Of a stretch of DNA of 64,000 nt, positions 1-11,169 are shown in pieces; position 1 is the first letter of the stretch; each line of letters starts with the position of its first letter. A program made the translations under genes and the position numbers. Below the pieces are notes generated by a model. The model had not been told where the DNA came from. It searched no databases and worked only from the letters and a program-made list of their open reading frames with translations. This stretch comes from Pseudogymnoascus verrucosus (lineage: Eukaryota): NCBI GenBank assembly GCA_001662655.1, contig KV460215.1, one strand, 5' to 3'.

Positions 1-66
1 ACCTAAATCTAACCCTAACCCTAACCCTAACCCTAACCCTAACCCTAACCCTAACCCTAACCCTAA
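1..66. repeat. Telomeric repeat tract (CCCTAA)n, i.e. TTAGGG on the minus strand; chromosome end
   Basis: Nine perfect CCCTAA units at 13-66 plus two variant units (ACCTAA, ATCTAA) at 1-12, at the very start of the window. Confidence 0.97.
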
Positions 67-795
67 GAATATATATAGGTACTAGGGGTAATTATTCCTT
101 AATATATCTAACTTAGTTAATTCCTATTCTATTTTTACCTTGTCTATAAGCTTAGATTCTTCTATAGTTATATATAATCTTTCTATGTCCCTATCTATAG
201 GTTTATAACTTATAGTAGCTTTATCTACTTATAGTTCCTAGGGTTTAGGTCCCTAAGTGTTGTCCTACTATTTATCTTATATATTGTATTCTATAAGCTT
301 GTATTTTAACTATATAGTAGCTTCCTTAGAGGTATAGTTTACTCCTTAGAGCTCCCTTCCTTATAGGTACCTAAGGCAACACCTTATAGTATAAACTATA
401 ACTTTCTAGTCTTATTAAGTACCTATCTATCCTATTAGGGGTAGTAGTATAGGAATTACTTAGGGAGTTCCTTTATAGAGTATACTTTACCTATAGATAT
501 CTACTACTTCTAGTAGGTTCTCCTTAAAGGTAATCTCCTTTATATCTTCTTTAAACTCTTTTAGCTAGAGTTTCTAAGATTCTATTAATCCCTTGTTTAG
601 GAGTTTGTTCTTAACTTTAAGCAATATGTTAAACTTATTAAGATCCTTATTATCTAAGCTTTACCCTTTTAGGGTACTAATACTATTAATTCCCTAATTA
701 GGTTTATTTGTAAATGTAGCGTTTAGTTGTCCTTTCTAGGTAGCATTAAGCTACTTTCTAAACTTATACCCTTTATTCCCCTTCCTTAGTTATTT

Positions 796-1560
796 ATAGT
801 CTTAGGCTAAGTAGCTAGGCTTATTATAATTAAAGTACAATTATTCCTTAATTTACTTTTCCTTTTAGGGGTTATAGGGTCTTTTGTTTTTAAATGTAGC
901 ATTAAGTTCTATAAGATCTAACTATCTATTATCTTATTAGTAGTTGTCTTATCTTTAGCCTTTGTTCTTTTAGTAGCTATTATACTTCTTTAGTTTATTA
1001 TAGTTCCTTTTTTCTTTCTAGAACTTATATAGCTAGTTATTGATTTAGACTATATATTTAATTAGCAACACTATATCTATAGGCTAATTCTCTATTTATA
1101 TAAGTTCTAGGTAGATATAACTCTTTAAGCTATAGTAGTAGTAGCTAATAAGCGCTTTTATATCCTAGTAGGTTTAGTTACTATACCTTTAGAATTTAGT
1201 AGAGTACGTTAATATGCTTCCTATCTGTTTTAATAGGTATAGGTAGTCCTCTATAGTCTGTTAATGTTACTAAATATACATTATATTTCTTTCTTAAATC
1301 CCTTTTATTTACTAAAGATAATGTTAGTTATAGCTATTATACTTATTATATCTTTATAAGCAAAGTAGTCTTTAAGGAATAGTTTAATCTATTAGAGGGC
1401 TTCTCCTCTTAGGTAAGAGGCTATCTATATAGTATAGCTTTTAGTAGTAGGAAACTTGTTATTGTTAAAGTGTTAATATAGCTTAACCTATAGTAGGAAC
1501 ACTTTAAGTTCCTTTCTATTACTAGAGAACATATTAGGGAGCTTAACTTAAAGAGTCTCC
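796..1560 (-). pseudogene. gag relic (capsid domain + CX2CX4HX4C nucleocapsid knuckle)
   Basis: Literal translation near 1550-1385: KLPNMFSSNRKELKVFLL*VKLY*HFNNNKFPTTKSYTI*IASYLRGEAL**I, matching the Gypsy gag pattern P..F.G....L..FL.Q...Y......F..........SYL.G.A..W. At 837-796 it reads YFNYNKPSYLA*DY, which reverts to CFNCxKPGHLARDC by transition reversal alone. Confidence 0.85.
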
Positions 1561-1783
1561 TTAAGCTCTAACATAATAGGTAGTACATCTAGTATCTCTT
1601 TATTCTTAAGTAGGATGTTTTATAATAACTATAGGGTTAGTATATTAAGTTGTCTAATAACACTCTCTCTTAGGCTTAGAACATTTAGAGCTATAGTTAC
1701 TTTAGTGTATAAGCTAGTACCTTATAGAAGTAGTGCTTAAAGTGTAATGCTAGGTCTTAAACTTATAAGACTTATAGAGGTTT

Positions 1784-2325
1784 TGTTACATTAGTTTACT
1801 TAATAGAGAAGGTAGGGGATTAGATACTAAAGGCTTTTATAAAATACATTATAGTATATAATAAATACTATATTAAGTTAAGCACAAAGCTCCTATCTAA
1901 GAAATAACTATCTACTTATATAGTAGTGTTATACTAAAGGGGATAGTTAGAATAGTAGACTCTTTAACTATTCTTACTATTCCTACTATTCTAATTATAT
2001 ATATATTCTATAAGAGGTGCTATACTTATTGTAGATACTAATTCCTATAGGTGCCCTTTTAAAGAGGCACCTTACTCTATATAAGTGCCTTTCTTAATAA
2101 GCACCTCTCTTTTACTAGGTACCTTCTAAGAAAGGTACCTTTTCCTAAAGATGCCCTTATTAACTAAGCTACCTATAATCTCTATGTCTATTTCCTACTA
2201 CTAATTAGCTATAAGCTATTTTACCTTATTACTCCCTCTTATAGCATATAGGTTGTATGTTTTAGCTATAAAATACTTTTAGTAAAGGGGTAAGACTGCC
2301 TAGAGATCCCTAAGTAGTTATAACA
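1784..2325 (-). repeat. Putative 5' LTR (542 bp)
   Basis: Bounded by inverted TGTTA (1784) and TAACA (2325) and lies just upstream of gag. Contains a repeated AGGTGCC/AGGCACC/AGGTACC-TT motif cluster (~2014-2160) and a (TA)n TATA-like run near 2000. No second LTR is in the window to confirm it. Confidence 0.55.
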
Positions 2326-3567
2326 ACTATTAAACTAGCTAGCTTTATAATTTAGATTATAGAGAGTCTAGTGTAAGTAGAGCCTATATAGACAAAGACT
2401 ATAGGCGCTTACTTAAGCTATTATAGCTTTATACTAGCTTTAGATTTAAGGAAGGGAAGGGGAAGGCTAAGGTAGACATTAAGCACTACTATAGCTGTTA
2501 CTGCTAAAACCCTATATGTCGTTGCATCCTCGTTGTTAACTCCCTTAGGTATCTTCTATGCTAAATCACCATTAATCTTTAGGTATTTAGCAAACGCCCT
2601 GTAGTCGTAGTACATGCTACATGTACAACGCCTGCTACGCGATCGCCCTGCCTCTATCCCCCCGGCGCTGACTTACTGACCTCGACGACCTCGCTAGCGT
2701 AGTCACAACTAATGATACGATTTGAGGGGGCTATAAAGTCAATATGCATAAAGTCGGTTAGGTTGAGGCCGACTGCGTAGACCTTGCCGAGTCCTAGGTT
2801 GGCTAATCGCGTGGCAATGATTCGATTTGAAACTAGAGCTCTTATTGTGGCTGCGTGAATACGTACGGATCGGATGAAGGCTTTGATGAAAAATTTAGAA
2901 GAGACTGTAATGAGAGGGGATCTCGTGTTGGAGAAGTGACTAGGTGGCGCAAGTCCATTAAGTGCATTAGAAATAGCTTCGTCATTTGTCTAAACTCGTC
3001 GAACCGGCCAACGGCGCAACAATTGTGCCGTTAATGATTAAGAATCATGTTGCATCACTTGCTAGTATGTTTCTTAAAATTTAGAACCACTTATATTTTT
3101 GATGGGCGAGGTCGTTATTAGGTCATTAGGTATAGCCCATCATTACTTGAGACATACGATTACTGATCGCCCCGATATGTATTAAGCGATTAGTAATTGC
3201 AAGTCCTAAGCCGTTAATGTGCGACTGCCGATTGGTATGAGAGCCAATCTGTCTAGACTTTAGTAGGAAATCTAGAGTTTGATATCGGGAGACGCATTGT
3301 ACCGACTGTCCGCATGCGAATGCTTAATTTCGGTTTTCGGTTCGTTACCATAACCATCTGGTCCGAATGGGCCCGCGATGTAATGAGCAGACAGCATCAC
3401 CCGGCTGAAGGTGGCGGTTACTAAGCCAACTGGAAGAATATCGAATTATTCAATCGCCTGATCCTGTCAGAAGGAGGTGTCTGCTTTAAAAAGAGAAAGC
3501 CTTCACTAAAGGACCCATTAGATAAACCTTAGTTCCACATCCTATATCTTACAGTTCCATTGCAATC

Positions 3568-4676
3568 ATGACTTCGATCTCAGCAATCCGCGCCCAGTTG
3601 CAGCCCATTCCCCTTCCTACGCAGTCATTCGCAGACCAGACAATCATCGTCACAGGATCCAACACTGGCCTCGGTTTTGAAGCGGCGCTACACTTCGTAC
3701 GACTCAATGCGGCGCGAGTAATCCTTGCAGTGAGATCTGTAAAGAAAGGCGATGACGCAAAAGCCTCTATTGAAACCTCCACGAACCGCAAAAATGTTAT
3801 CGAGGTGTGGCAGGTCGACATGTCCGACTACGATTCCATTAAAGCCTTTGCAACAAGGTGTGATTCGCTGGACAGGTTAGACGCTGTCATTGCAAATGCA
3901 GGTGTTTTGAGAAACACTTACGAGGAGTCTGATGGGACCGAGATTACCATCAAGGTGAATGTTATCGGGACGTTTTTGCTTGCAATCAACCTCTTTCCGG
4001 TTCTGAGGAGATCAGGAGCAAAAGTCGGAAAAGCATCTAGGCTAGTGGTCACAAGTTCTGTCATGCACGAAGAAGTATGTCTCTCTAGACTCTCGGGTTG
4101 GTCATTTTAAAAGTTAATCATTAATAAATAGGCAAAATTCCTAGAGCGAAAAGAACCCTCGATTTTCCAAGCGTTTAACAAGAACAAGAAGTCGTACATC
4201 GGAGATCGATACAGCACCTCTAAACTCCTCGAAGTTTTTCTAGTCCGTTCCTTAGCCGCAGCTATTCGGAAAGGTCCTCACGCCACAGAGCCCTTGATTC
4301 TTAATGATGTCAACCCAGGTTTATGCCATTCGGAACTCGATAAGGAAGCTAAGGTAATCACGGATTTCTGGCTATTCTTATTCTCACTCTTGAACCCAAC
4401 GCTGACCTTGTTGATTAATCATAGGGAATCGCTAGCTATATCCTCTCAGTCGCCAAAGCCCTGATGGCTCGAACAACGGAGGTTGGAGGCCGTACGCTTG
4501 TTCACAGTGCTGCTGCTGGGACCGAAAGTCACGGGCAATACATGAGCGAAGCCAAGGTCAAGGAGCCGAGCACGTTTGTCAGGAGCGCCGAGGGAGCCAA
4601 GACTCAAGAACGTGTGCATAAGGAGTTGATGGATATTCTGGAGACGATCCAACCAGGGATCACTGACAAGATATAA
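3568..4676 (+). CDS. Short-chain dehydrogenase/reductase, retinol dehydrogenase/WWOX-like (3 exons)
   Basis: TGSNTGLG cofactor motif, ANAG, and catalytic YSTSK in exon 2. Introns 4075-4131 and 4354-4424 (GT..AG) join the ORF pieces in frame. Confidence 0.92.
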
Positions 4677-5120
4677 TTAGGGGGTTTCTAGGCGTTGTTG
4701 CGACGACTAGAGTAGTAATTCTATTTAACGATGTGACGGCTAGGAGGCTGCTGAAAATGGCAGCTTTCGTCGCTGTTTTACGTAGCTTACTTGCCTACTT
4801 TTCAATACTCCCACGCCCTAAACTTAATCGCCGCACACCTATTGTGCCTTAGGTTCATACACAACTGCTAAAAGACACTTTCTAAGAAAGCATGTTAGAA
4901 TTAATCTAACTTCCCTATAAAGATCTATATAACTTAGTCTACACCTTTAGGAAAGTGACTTACTCTACTACATAGGTAGTAGTGATTTGTGCCTATTAAC
5001 CTATGCACTAGTAAGGTAGTATATACACATATAAATCAATTCCGGTTATCTATTTCAAAGCCATCACGCGCTTTCAAAATGGTAGATGTCTTCTAGCAAT
5101 CGATCCGGCAGGCACGATCC

Positions 5121-6518
5121 CTACAAACACTGCGAGTACCACTGATTCGACACTTTACATGTATACCCACTCGCGCAGACCGTCGGTCCCGTCCATCCTT
5201 GCCCGCCACACTGATCCCAGTGAGCAGCCGTTCCGCCATTGCCTGTCCCCGTCCCAGGGTTCGTGGGAGTTCCGCCGCCACTCGGATTCCCCAATCCCGC
5301 GCCAGGATTGACTCCAGTGACCGGATTGTTGCCTGGCAGAGCAGCGAGCCCTATACAGTCAGCGAGAACAAGTAGAACCAAAGCACACTTACATCCGTCC
5401 ACCTCCTCGTTGACAGAGCGAGCCTTTGAGCAGGCATTCCCCGCGGCGATCGACTGCTCCGAGAGCGCGGCACAGGGCCCGGGCTGGCAGTTGGTGTCCA
5501 TGGCCTGCTGCAGCGACGTATCCTTCCAGCCAAAGACATAATCGCCATGCGTTCCGTAGCCGGTCGGGTCACCATAACTCCAGATGAAAGGCTGGCTGCC
5601 GTCTGAGGGCCAGAGGGCTCTGTCATTGTAGGGCGTCGTGTCCCATATGACCTCGTAGAAGAGCTGTGGGAGCTTGACGGGGTGGGATGCTGGACAAGGT
5701 CCGTTGCTCTCAAATGTCCCGCTAGATGGGTAGGCGACATGGGTCGTGTGGTCTGCGCTGTCAAGGTTGACTCCGTCCCAGCATCTTATCTGTTAGCCAG
5801 CACAACAAAGAAGAAGAAGACTCACGTCGGAAACCTGACGTTGGACATGATACCAGCAGGACACGGCAGCACTGGCATATTCGTTGTCTCGCCAGTCCTC
5901 GTCGAAGCGTCCTGTAGACATGTAAATGTGAGCTGGCGGTTCTTTGATGATTCAGCAGCAGTCCGGTACATCGGGCTGCCGACGACCATGCGGAATCCCT
6001 TCTTGAAGGCAGTGACCTTGCTCCCATCGTATGGTTGGGAGTAATAGACAGTCATGCCGCCCTTTGCCGACTCAAAGCCTTGGTTCCCCTTTTGCTTGAC
6101 GCGGATGAAGCTTCCGTTTCGGGCTTGAAAGTACAGCGTTGCAGTCCAGTAGTTGGAGAAGTCTTGCGTGAAGGTGCAGGTGGTGCAGGTAGATGCAGTC
6201 GGGAGATCAATCGCCGGATCCATGGTGGCGTTCATTGCATTCTAAAAAGTAAGCGGCGAAAATTATCAGGGCAAAACACTCACCCCTCCAATAAACTAAA
6301 CTGTCAGCATGATTCATAAAAGGGACAGGCGACTAACCTGGTGAACATGAGGCGACGGAATACTCCCAGGAAAGACCAGGCTACCAACGTCAGCAGGATC
6401 CACAACACAGAAAGGCTTCATACGGATCCAGACGCTCAGTCACCAGCTCCGAGCAGGAGAAACGAAGAATGGCATGGACGCTTGGCGCAAAAGCCGCGAG
6501 GAGAACTGTCCACTGCAT
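5121..6518 (-). CDS. Secreted DUF1996-domain protein with C-terminal CBM1 cellulose-binding module
   Basis: Signal peptide [19 protein letters not shown]1996 motifs [38 protein letters not shown]-rich linker; terminal [33 protein letters not shown]. Multi-exon, including a 12-nt exon at 6284-6295. Confidence 0.9.
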
Positions 6519-8006
6519 CTTGAATTCTATGGAGATGGGACGAAAAGTGAGAACGAAGCATCAGGCCGGCCCTCCTTATAAGCACTTTGTTTGATGAGAA
6601 GCTTATTCCCACGTGCTGCCAGGTCTTAATCCCCGCATTAATCAAGAGTGCCGGAGAATAAAGGCTAAACGGTTAATCGTTCGGAGGCTTAAATGGAGAT
6701 CTTATATCTCCCTGATGGGAAACGTGTCGGCGGATAAGATACCATACAAATTAAAATCGAGTCACAGGATAGACGCAGCTTCTCGAAGAGGACGGTTTGA
6801 CGTTGGATGGCTTGATAAAATCCATTTCACATATCGGCCTAAAGGAAGGCTGTCCTCGACTTCAAGCGCCTGACTTGATATAATATTCTGAGATGGATTT
6901 GTATCCGGCTGCTTTCCCATGGTCGCCGAGGAAGTTTGAGAATCCAATGAATCCACGCTTATTAGGCACGGGAAAGCGCTCCGTAAAAGAGCTGTCATTT
7001 AAGAGAATGCTTCCGACTATGAGAATGAAGCCGGCGAGGATGATTTAAGAAGTGATAACGCCACATATTACCATCCGGCTATGTGGAGCCGAAGCTGCAG
7101 TACCGCTTTAGGTTTATTAAAAGAGTAATCCCGGCATATTCCCGCACGGGACATCCTTCCCCACAAACAAGAAGCAGGCCAAGCTTTCCAACTTCTCCAA
7201 AGAGTAAGTGGCACTTTCTAACCTGCCATCCGGATAATGAGAGGCAAATAGTTTAGACAGAATGGGACGAGCCACGTCTCTTTACAACCCTATTCGAGAC
7301 CAATATTACACATAGGCTAATGAAATCTTTCATATATCAAACTTACAGGCTGAAGCCGGGCAGATGGCAAAGGCATCATTTGGCAATTTGGCAATGCCTC
7401 ACATGTCCGGTCCGTAGTGAACGGGCTCGCAATCCGAAGTCGCTCTCGTCCTGGGATGCGCTTACAGACATGCTATTAAATGCTCACGCCGAAAAATTCA
7501 CCCGTAATTCCTGACGCCGTATAATACTCACGCCATATGATGCCCTCGCCGCCGCCACGGTCGCTTGGCCGTGCGCGCTTACGCTGTGGTGAAGTTCTCA
7601 CTGTGTCGGATGCGCGCTTACGCTATTCTCACGCCGCGAATGCACTCGCAGTCTCTCATGTTATGTGGTTGCTCATAGAACGCAGACTGCCATGAGCAGT
7701 CGTCGATGTTGTGGAGATACTCCCTCCACATGACCCGCCGCCGCATCGTCCCGCATTCTACCCGCCATCACTCCCTTCCCCACCTGCCGCCTTCCCCGCT
7801 TCGCCTTCTCCGCCTCATAAAGCATCGAGAAATCAGACCTACATGGTGTGATCGGAATCTTGTCGAATAAGATCGTGCGACGATCCTAGCACTCATACAA
7901 GGTTTGGCCGTTTTATGATCCTGGCTAGCGCTTACGTTCCAAAGAGTAAACCTCGCCGTTGGCGCAATCGTTCCCCTCAAACTGACTCGTACACAATCAA
8001 GCCATC

Positions 8007-9127
8007 ATGCCTTCACCAGTCGCTCAGAGCCCGCCTAAGGCGGAGGAAGCCGAGGCCGTAGCCCATCAAGCTGAGACAACCATTGAAGTCGGCGGATCTG
8101 AGAGTGACACCGGGTACGAAAGTGAGTGGGCATCGAGTGTGTCAACGTCGGTATCATCGAGCGTGCGGGATTACACTTTTGAAAATGGGCGGCGATACCA
8201 CAAATATAGCGAAGGCAGATACCTGTTCCCCAACGATGAATCGGAGCAGGAGCGTGAGGATATGAAGCATGCGATGGTTCTTAACCTCTGTGGCGGACGA
8301 CTACATTATGCGCCACTAGATAACCCACAGAGTGTTCTAGATATCGGGACTGGGACGGGAATATGGGCTATTGACTGTGAGTCAGCCATAGACATCTCTT
8401 TCAATACTAACGCGTCCAGTTGGCGATGAGTATCCAAGCGCATCGGTTTTGGGAGTCGACTTGAGCCCTATCCAACCCTCTTGGGTCCCCCCAAACGTGA
8501 AGTTCATGGTAGATGATGCCGAGAGCCCTTGGATATACCCTATCAACAACTTCGACTTCATCCATCTACGCCATTTAGCCTCTTCCCTCAAGGATACGCC
8601 AGCGTTGATAAACCAAGCAATGGTGTAAGTGCTCTCGTCGCTCGGCGTCAATATCTAACATGGCCAGCAACCTAAAACCCGGTGGTTGGATCGAGATGCA
8701 AGAACTGTATTTCGATCTTTCTAGCGATGACGACAGCATCCCAGAAGCTCATGCATTCTCAAAGTGGCTCACGTTCGTGCGCCAAGGCCTCGAAACCTTT
8801 GGCGTCGATCTTCTCAGTCCTGCGAAGACCCAGGACCGACTAAAGGACGCTGGGTTTGAGAATGTGACAGAGCGCATCTTCAAGGTGCCAATCGGCACGT
8901 GGCCTAAGAACCAGACACTGGCCAAAGTCGGCCTGTACGGCCAGGCAATGTGCGTGGATGGACTCCAAGGAAATAGTATGAAGACTTTCACAAAAGGATT
9001 AGGATGGACGGCAGACGAAGTCGAGGTGTTTTTGGTCGACGTGAGAGACTCATTCAAGGATCGGAAGGTGCATTCCTACCTTACGTTCCGTGTCTGCTAC
9101 GGACAGAAGCCGGTGGGAGGAGTTTAG
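8007..9127 (+). CDS. Class I SAM-dependent methyltransferase, fungal LaeA-like/TAM family (3 exons)
   Basis: ENGRRYH, YLFPNDE, VLDIGTGTGIWA, DLSPIQP and LKPGGWIE motifs; two short introns near 8377-8419 and 8625-8667. Confidence 0.9.
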
Positions 9128-9339
9128 TTGGCAGACACTTATTTATTGTTCATATAGTCTCCGTAGATATTGATCGCACGCTAATCTCGGGCGCACCCAC
9201 AACGCGGGGTTATGCTTACTAAGCTGTTAGCGGGGATGTAATATTTGGACCTTTTGGTGGGGTTGCCACATAGAATCCAGAACACATCCAGAACTCTTCG
9301 ACGAATCCATACTCCCCATCTACACAATCAATCGACATC

Positions 9340-10404
9340 ATGGCGACTCACGAGCAACTCCCGTCTACCTCCTCCCGGCCTCCACTCGACCCCACCATCA
9401 CGGGGCCCACAACCAACACGGTCAACATTGGCACCAGAAGGTCGAAGCTTGCGCTCATACAAGCCCAGATTGTGCACGATGCCCTCAAAGCCGCCCACCC
9501 CGAGACCGAGTTCAAGATTCACGCCATGGCAACAATGGGCGACAAGAACCAAGTAACTCCGCTGCACAGTTTTGGCGCGAAATCCCTCTGGACGTTCGAG
9601 CTTGAGCATGGCCTCCTCGACGGCTCGCTGGATCTCATCGTGCACAGCCTGAAAGATATGCCGACCCAGCTCCCACCACAGTGCAAGATCGGCGCCATCA
9701 CGAGCCGCGAAAATGCACGAGACGTGGTGGTCATGAAGCCAAGCCTCCCATACAAGAGCATTGCCGAACTTCCCGCCGGATCCGTCGTGGGGACGAGCAG
9801 CGTGAGGAGAAGCGCACAGATTGCGAGGAAATTCCCAAGCTTAAAATTCAAGGACGTGAGGGGGAACTTGGGGACGAGACTGGAGAAACTCGACGCCGAA
9901 GATGGCGAATACGCCTGTTTGATTTTGGCGGCGGCAGGGTTGGAGCGGGTTGGCCTCGCCGATAGAATCACGCAGCATCTCGATTCGAAGACCCCGGGAG
10001 GAGGAATACTTCATGCCGTCGGACAGGGTGCTCTGGGTATTGAGATCCGGAGTGACGACACAAAGACTCAGTCGCTTCTTACGAAGTTAATAGACAATGA
10101 TGCTCTGCTGGCATGTCTGGCTGAAAGAAGCTTGCTGAGAACCCTGGAAGGTGGTTGCAGTGTACCAATAGGCGTGGAGACTGAATGGATTGAGAAGGGC
10201 AAGCTGCTGATGAGGTCAATTGTTGTTAGCTTGGATGGGACGGAGGCCGTAGAAGCGGAGACGCTCGCCGAGGTCCTTTCGGAGAAGGAAGCTGAGGAGT
10301 TTGGCTTGGCTGTAGCTCAGGATCTGATTGCCAAGGGTGCGTCCAACATTTTGCAGGCAATCAACCTCACCAAAGATGTAGTCGTGGATGGGCCTGCTGC
10401 ATAG
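9340..10404 (+). CDS. HEM3: Porphobilinogen deaminase (hydroxymethylbilane synthase)
   Basis: IGTRRSKLA, VHSLKDMPT, GTSSVRR, RGNLGTRL and LEGGCSVPIG motifs; intronless, 354 aa. Confidence 0.97.
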   Translation: MATHEQLPSTSSRPPLDPTITGPTTNTVNIGTRRSKLALIQAQIVHDALKAAHPETEFKIHAMATMGDKNQVTPLHSFGAKSLWTFELEHGLLDGSLDLIVHSLKDMPTQLPPQCKIGAITSRENARDVVVMKPSLPYKSIAELPAGSVVGTSSVRRSAQIARKFPSLKFKDVRGNLGTRLEKLDAEDGEYACLILAAAGLERVGLADRITQHLDSKTPGGGILHAVGQGALGIEIRSDDTKTQSLLTKLIDNDALLACLAERSLLRTLEGGCSVPIGVETEWIEKGKLLMRSIVVSLDGTEAVEAETLAEVLSEKEAEEFGLAVAQDLIAKGASNILQAINLTKDVVVDGPAA

Positions 10405-10611
10405 ATTGGTCATTGCAGAGGTGGTTGCTTCTAATTGCCGGGTGTGCGAGGCCGATATGTAGAGACGCGGCGTTTCAGATAGAGCTTTGCTTCAATGTCA
10501 CCAATACGTCACACACTTTAATGAAAATCAACCCAATTCTAAAGCCGAAAACTCTTTGTATTGTCGACTGTCCAACAGATATACACTAATCTACCCAAGC
10601 CATCTCCCTAT

Positions 10612-11169
10612 TTATTCCGATGCCGAAAACTCCTTGTATGCAGCCGCATCCATCAGCCCCTCCAAATCCTTAAGTCCCTGCTCTCCAATCTCAACCTTTG
10701 CAATCCATCCGCCGCCAGCGCCAGTATCCTCGGGTGCGTTGTTGATGGTTCCTGGCTTCTCCTCCAGAATGTTGTTGACCTCTGTGATTGTGCAGGTGAT
10801 CGGGGAGTTGATGTCCGATGCAGACTTGACCGACTCGACGGCTCCGATGGTATCGCCGGCCTCAACCTCCATTGGAAGAGTTGGGAGCTCGACGTAGACA
10901 ACATCGCCAAGGGCGTGCGCTGCGTAGTCGGAGATTCCCAAGGTTCCAGTCTTTCCATCCTCCGACACATCAACCCATTCGTGCTCGGTAGTGAACTTCT
11001 TTGCAGGTGCTAGAATTGTGAGCTTCAATCGACCGACTGTAGGGATCAACTAACCAGCGCTTCGTGCAGAGAATGAGCGGACCGCAAAGTTCTGGGTGCG
11101 AACACCGGAGGTGGTGCGAGCAGCAAACCTCGAGGCCACTGGGCGGAGGGATCTCATGATTGAAGCCAT
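10612..11169 (-). CDS. GCV3: Glycine cleavage system H protein, mitochondrial
   Basis: FTTEHEW, GISDYAAHALGDVVYVELP and lipoyl-Lys motif VESVKSAS. Arg/Ser-rich presequence exon from ATG 11169; one intron ~11012-11055. Confidence 0.95.

Larger units (their letters stand above)
67..2325 (-). mobile_element. RIP-degraded Ty3/Gypsy LTR retrotransposon, truncated at the telomere
   Basis: Very AT-rich, TpA-rich and CpA/TpG/CpG-depleted, with no long ORF. The minus strand still reads as a gag capsid motif (~1385-1560) and a CCHC zinc knuckle (796-837) once G->A/C->T changes are reversed. A putative LTR lies at 1784-2325. Confidence 0.85.

Noticed and set aside
1..12. Variant telomere units ACCTAA/ATCTAA
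   Set aside because: At the contig edge; likely consensus error.
3568..9127. Secondary-metabolite cluster (SDR + methyltransferase)
   Set aside because: No PKS, NRPS, terpene synthase, transporter or pathway regulator nearby.
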